NCBI GenBank assembly: GCA_030704615.1
Contig: CM060733.1
Coordinates: 16,244,001 to 16,308,000, forward strand
Direction: 5' to 3'
Source of the DNA: Takakia lepidozioides
Lineage: Eukaryota > Plantae > Bryophyta
Length of the DNA: 64,000 bases
The position numbers were made by a program, and so were the translations under genes. Below are positions 62,601-64,000 of the stretch, piece by piece (within the stretch, counting starts at the first letter, position 1; the number at the start of each line of letters is the position of its first letter). The notes below the pieces were generated by a model. It worked only from the letters and a program-made list of their open reading frames with translations. It was not told the DNA's origin and searched no databases.

Positions 62601-64000
62601 GACATTTCGTATTGACCGACTGGATCATTACAAGAACCCCTGCATCCGATAAAAAAAATTGCAAAATGAAAAGACCCACCGCCAGTACCTCTCATCAAAT
62701 GCATTCCATGTTGGGCAAGTGCCTGTGGGTAGAATGTCCGGAACTGGCAGCCCATCCGGAATGTCCACAATCACCATGTCGGCACAACATGGTTTCAGGG
62801 AACCATTGACCCAACACTGCCCTTTCGAAACCTGAAAACAGACAGACGACAAAAATTAAATAACTATCCAAAAGGGAAAACAGTAAATGAGACAAACAGT
62901 GGGAATTGGCTTACAGAGTCAAGGAATGCACACAGCTTGCCCCAAGTTCGAGAGGGTTCTCCAGCGTAACCAGATTTTCTGCTTTCCATCATGGCAAGGA
63001 ATGAATCATTGACAATCTCGCATTTACATTCTCGCTGGATTCTGGATGGGTGCTCCACTGCGTCGTATGGCTCAATCTTCCCCTTACCTTTTTGTTCCTT
63101 GTTTCCAATTGGGGTCTGCGCTACCTCACCCCCCGCAATCTCCCCTTGGGTGGCTTTCTCCTTCCCTTTGTCATTTGTACCCTTTCTCTTTCCCTTCCCT
63201 CTCGCAAGAGTTTTGTTAGCTACGGGTTCCTTCTCAGCGAGGTTTCGCAGATTCCTCTCATGCAATTCCTTGTCAGTAAGAGGGGCCAAAGACTCCGCAT
63301 TGTCGTTCTGGTTCCGTGTCTGCAACTCATACCAGGGGCAATCTGATTTCGGAATGTCTAGATACCAGCAGCAGTCTTTCAGATGATATCTCCCGTAGTC
63401 TCTGAGGATGGCTGCAGTGTACATGGTCTGACTGTTAGAGGGGTCAGACCACAAGTCGATGAAGGCAGGGTACTTACCGAGGTTTTTTCCCAGAATGAGC
63501 ACGTTCTTGATATACCTACAAAACAAAAGAGGTACACTTTTAGACATTGAAGGAAAAAAAGCATATACTGCAGCCCTCCCAAAATGTGTGCGTCGACGCA
63601 CACAGTTTGGGGTGCACAAATACTTGAGCATTAGGCAACCAAAATACACTCACTAGTACCAATGCAAGAACAGGAGAAAACAAAGGGTTCCATATGCAGA
63701 AAGATATCCCTTTCTCGGCAGACAGATATTCCATTCAGAACTGCCAACGAAACAATGAAATCCATGATGGAGGAGAGAACACATCTGAGTTTGTGGCCCT
63801 CCAAAACTGCGTGCGTTGGCGCACGCAGTTTTGCATGGCCAAAAACTGTCTGTCTACTGATTGCCAAAGATAGTTTTCAAACATAAAACAAAAACTAACG
63901 AACCTGTATAGGACCCTCTTCATGGCTCCCTCCGCCCCGTACTGCTGGTCAAAGTCATTTGTGTGGGAGATTCCTCCATCTCGGGAAAACTCTCTGAAGA
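59633..64000. mobile_element. Left part of second MULE copy (runs off window)
   Basis: Matches 13470-17735 with more substitutions; ~98-bp minisatellite has one more unit (60797-61215). Confidence 0.8.
61767..64000 (-). CDS. 3' exons of the amino-methyltransferase cargo gene, copy 2 (partial)
   Basis: DMVIVDIPDGLP; KSPTFIQTIVETCSHPGARIVDLTLGTG / ASYHACKAVGRHLFGMEGD. Confidence 0.7.

Larger units (their letters stand above)
46119..64000. repeat. Segmental/tandem duplication, copy 2 (matches 1-17735)
   Basis: Colinear with 1-17735. Confidence 0.97.

Overview
Repeat-rich eukaryotic DNA from a land plant, most likely a non-seed plant such as a bryophyte (inferred from a cutin-type sn-2 GPAT, a PLS-class PPR relic and a half-tRNA-primed copia). 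Bases 1-17735 recur at 46119-64000 (period about 46.1 kb). Each unit holds a tail-to-tail inverted pair of intronless GPAT4/6/8-like genes around a decayed FAD-oxidoreductase and a truncated copia. A ~21 kb Mutator-like (MULE) DNA transposon (~13470-34636) carries a transposase plus a divergently transcribed, intron-containing gene that joins a ParB/Srx-like domain to an N6A/N4C-type DNA methyltransferase domain. Inserted in that gene is a 9.5 kb gypsy-like element (18996-28455, 4-bp TSD) encoding Gag, protease, a C5 cytosine methyltransferase, a DDE integrase and a PHD finger, with RT/RNase H deleted. Its terminal repeats are split/permuted (B-body-A-B-A). It has an internal palindromic CA-GC-TG att-like site and a self-complementary, non-tRNA primer-site candidate, suggesting integration of a circular intermediate by a DDE integrase; this is the most striking candidate for an undescribed system. 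Also present: a ~180-bp satellite adjoining a PPR relic, copia fragments, a non-autonomous piggyBac and an apparently intact autonomous piggyBac. All domain calls come from reading motifs by eye; no database search was run. Many frameshifts in 1-35 kb look like long-read indel errors.
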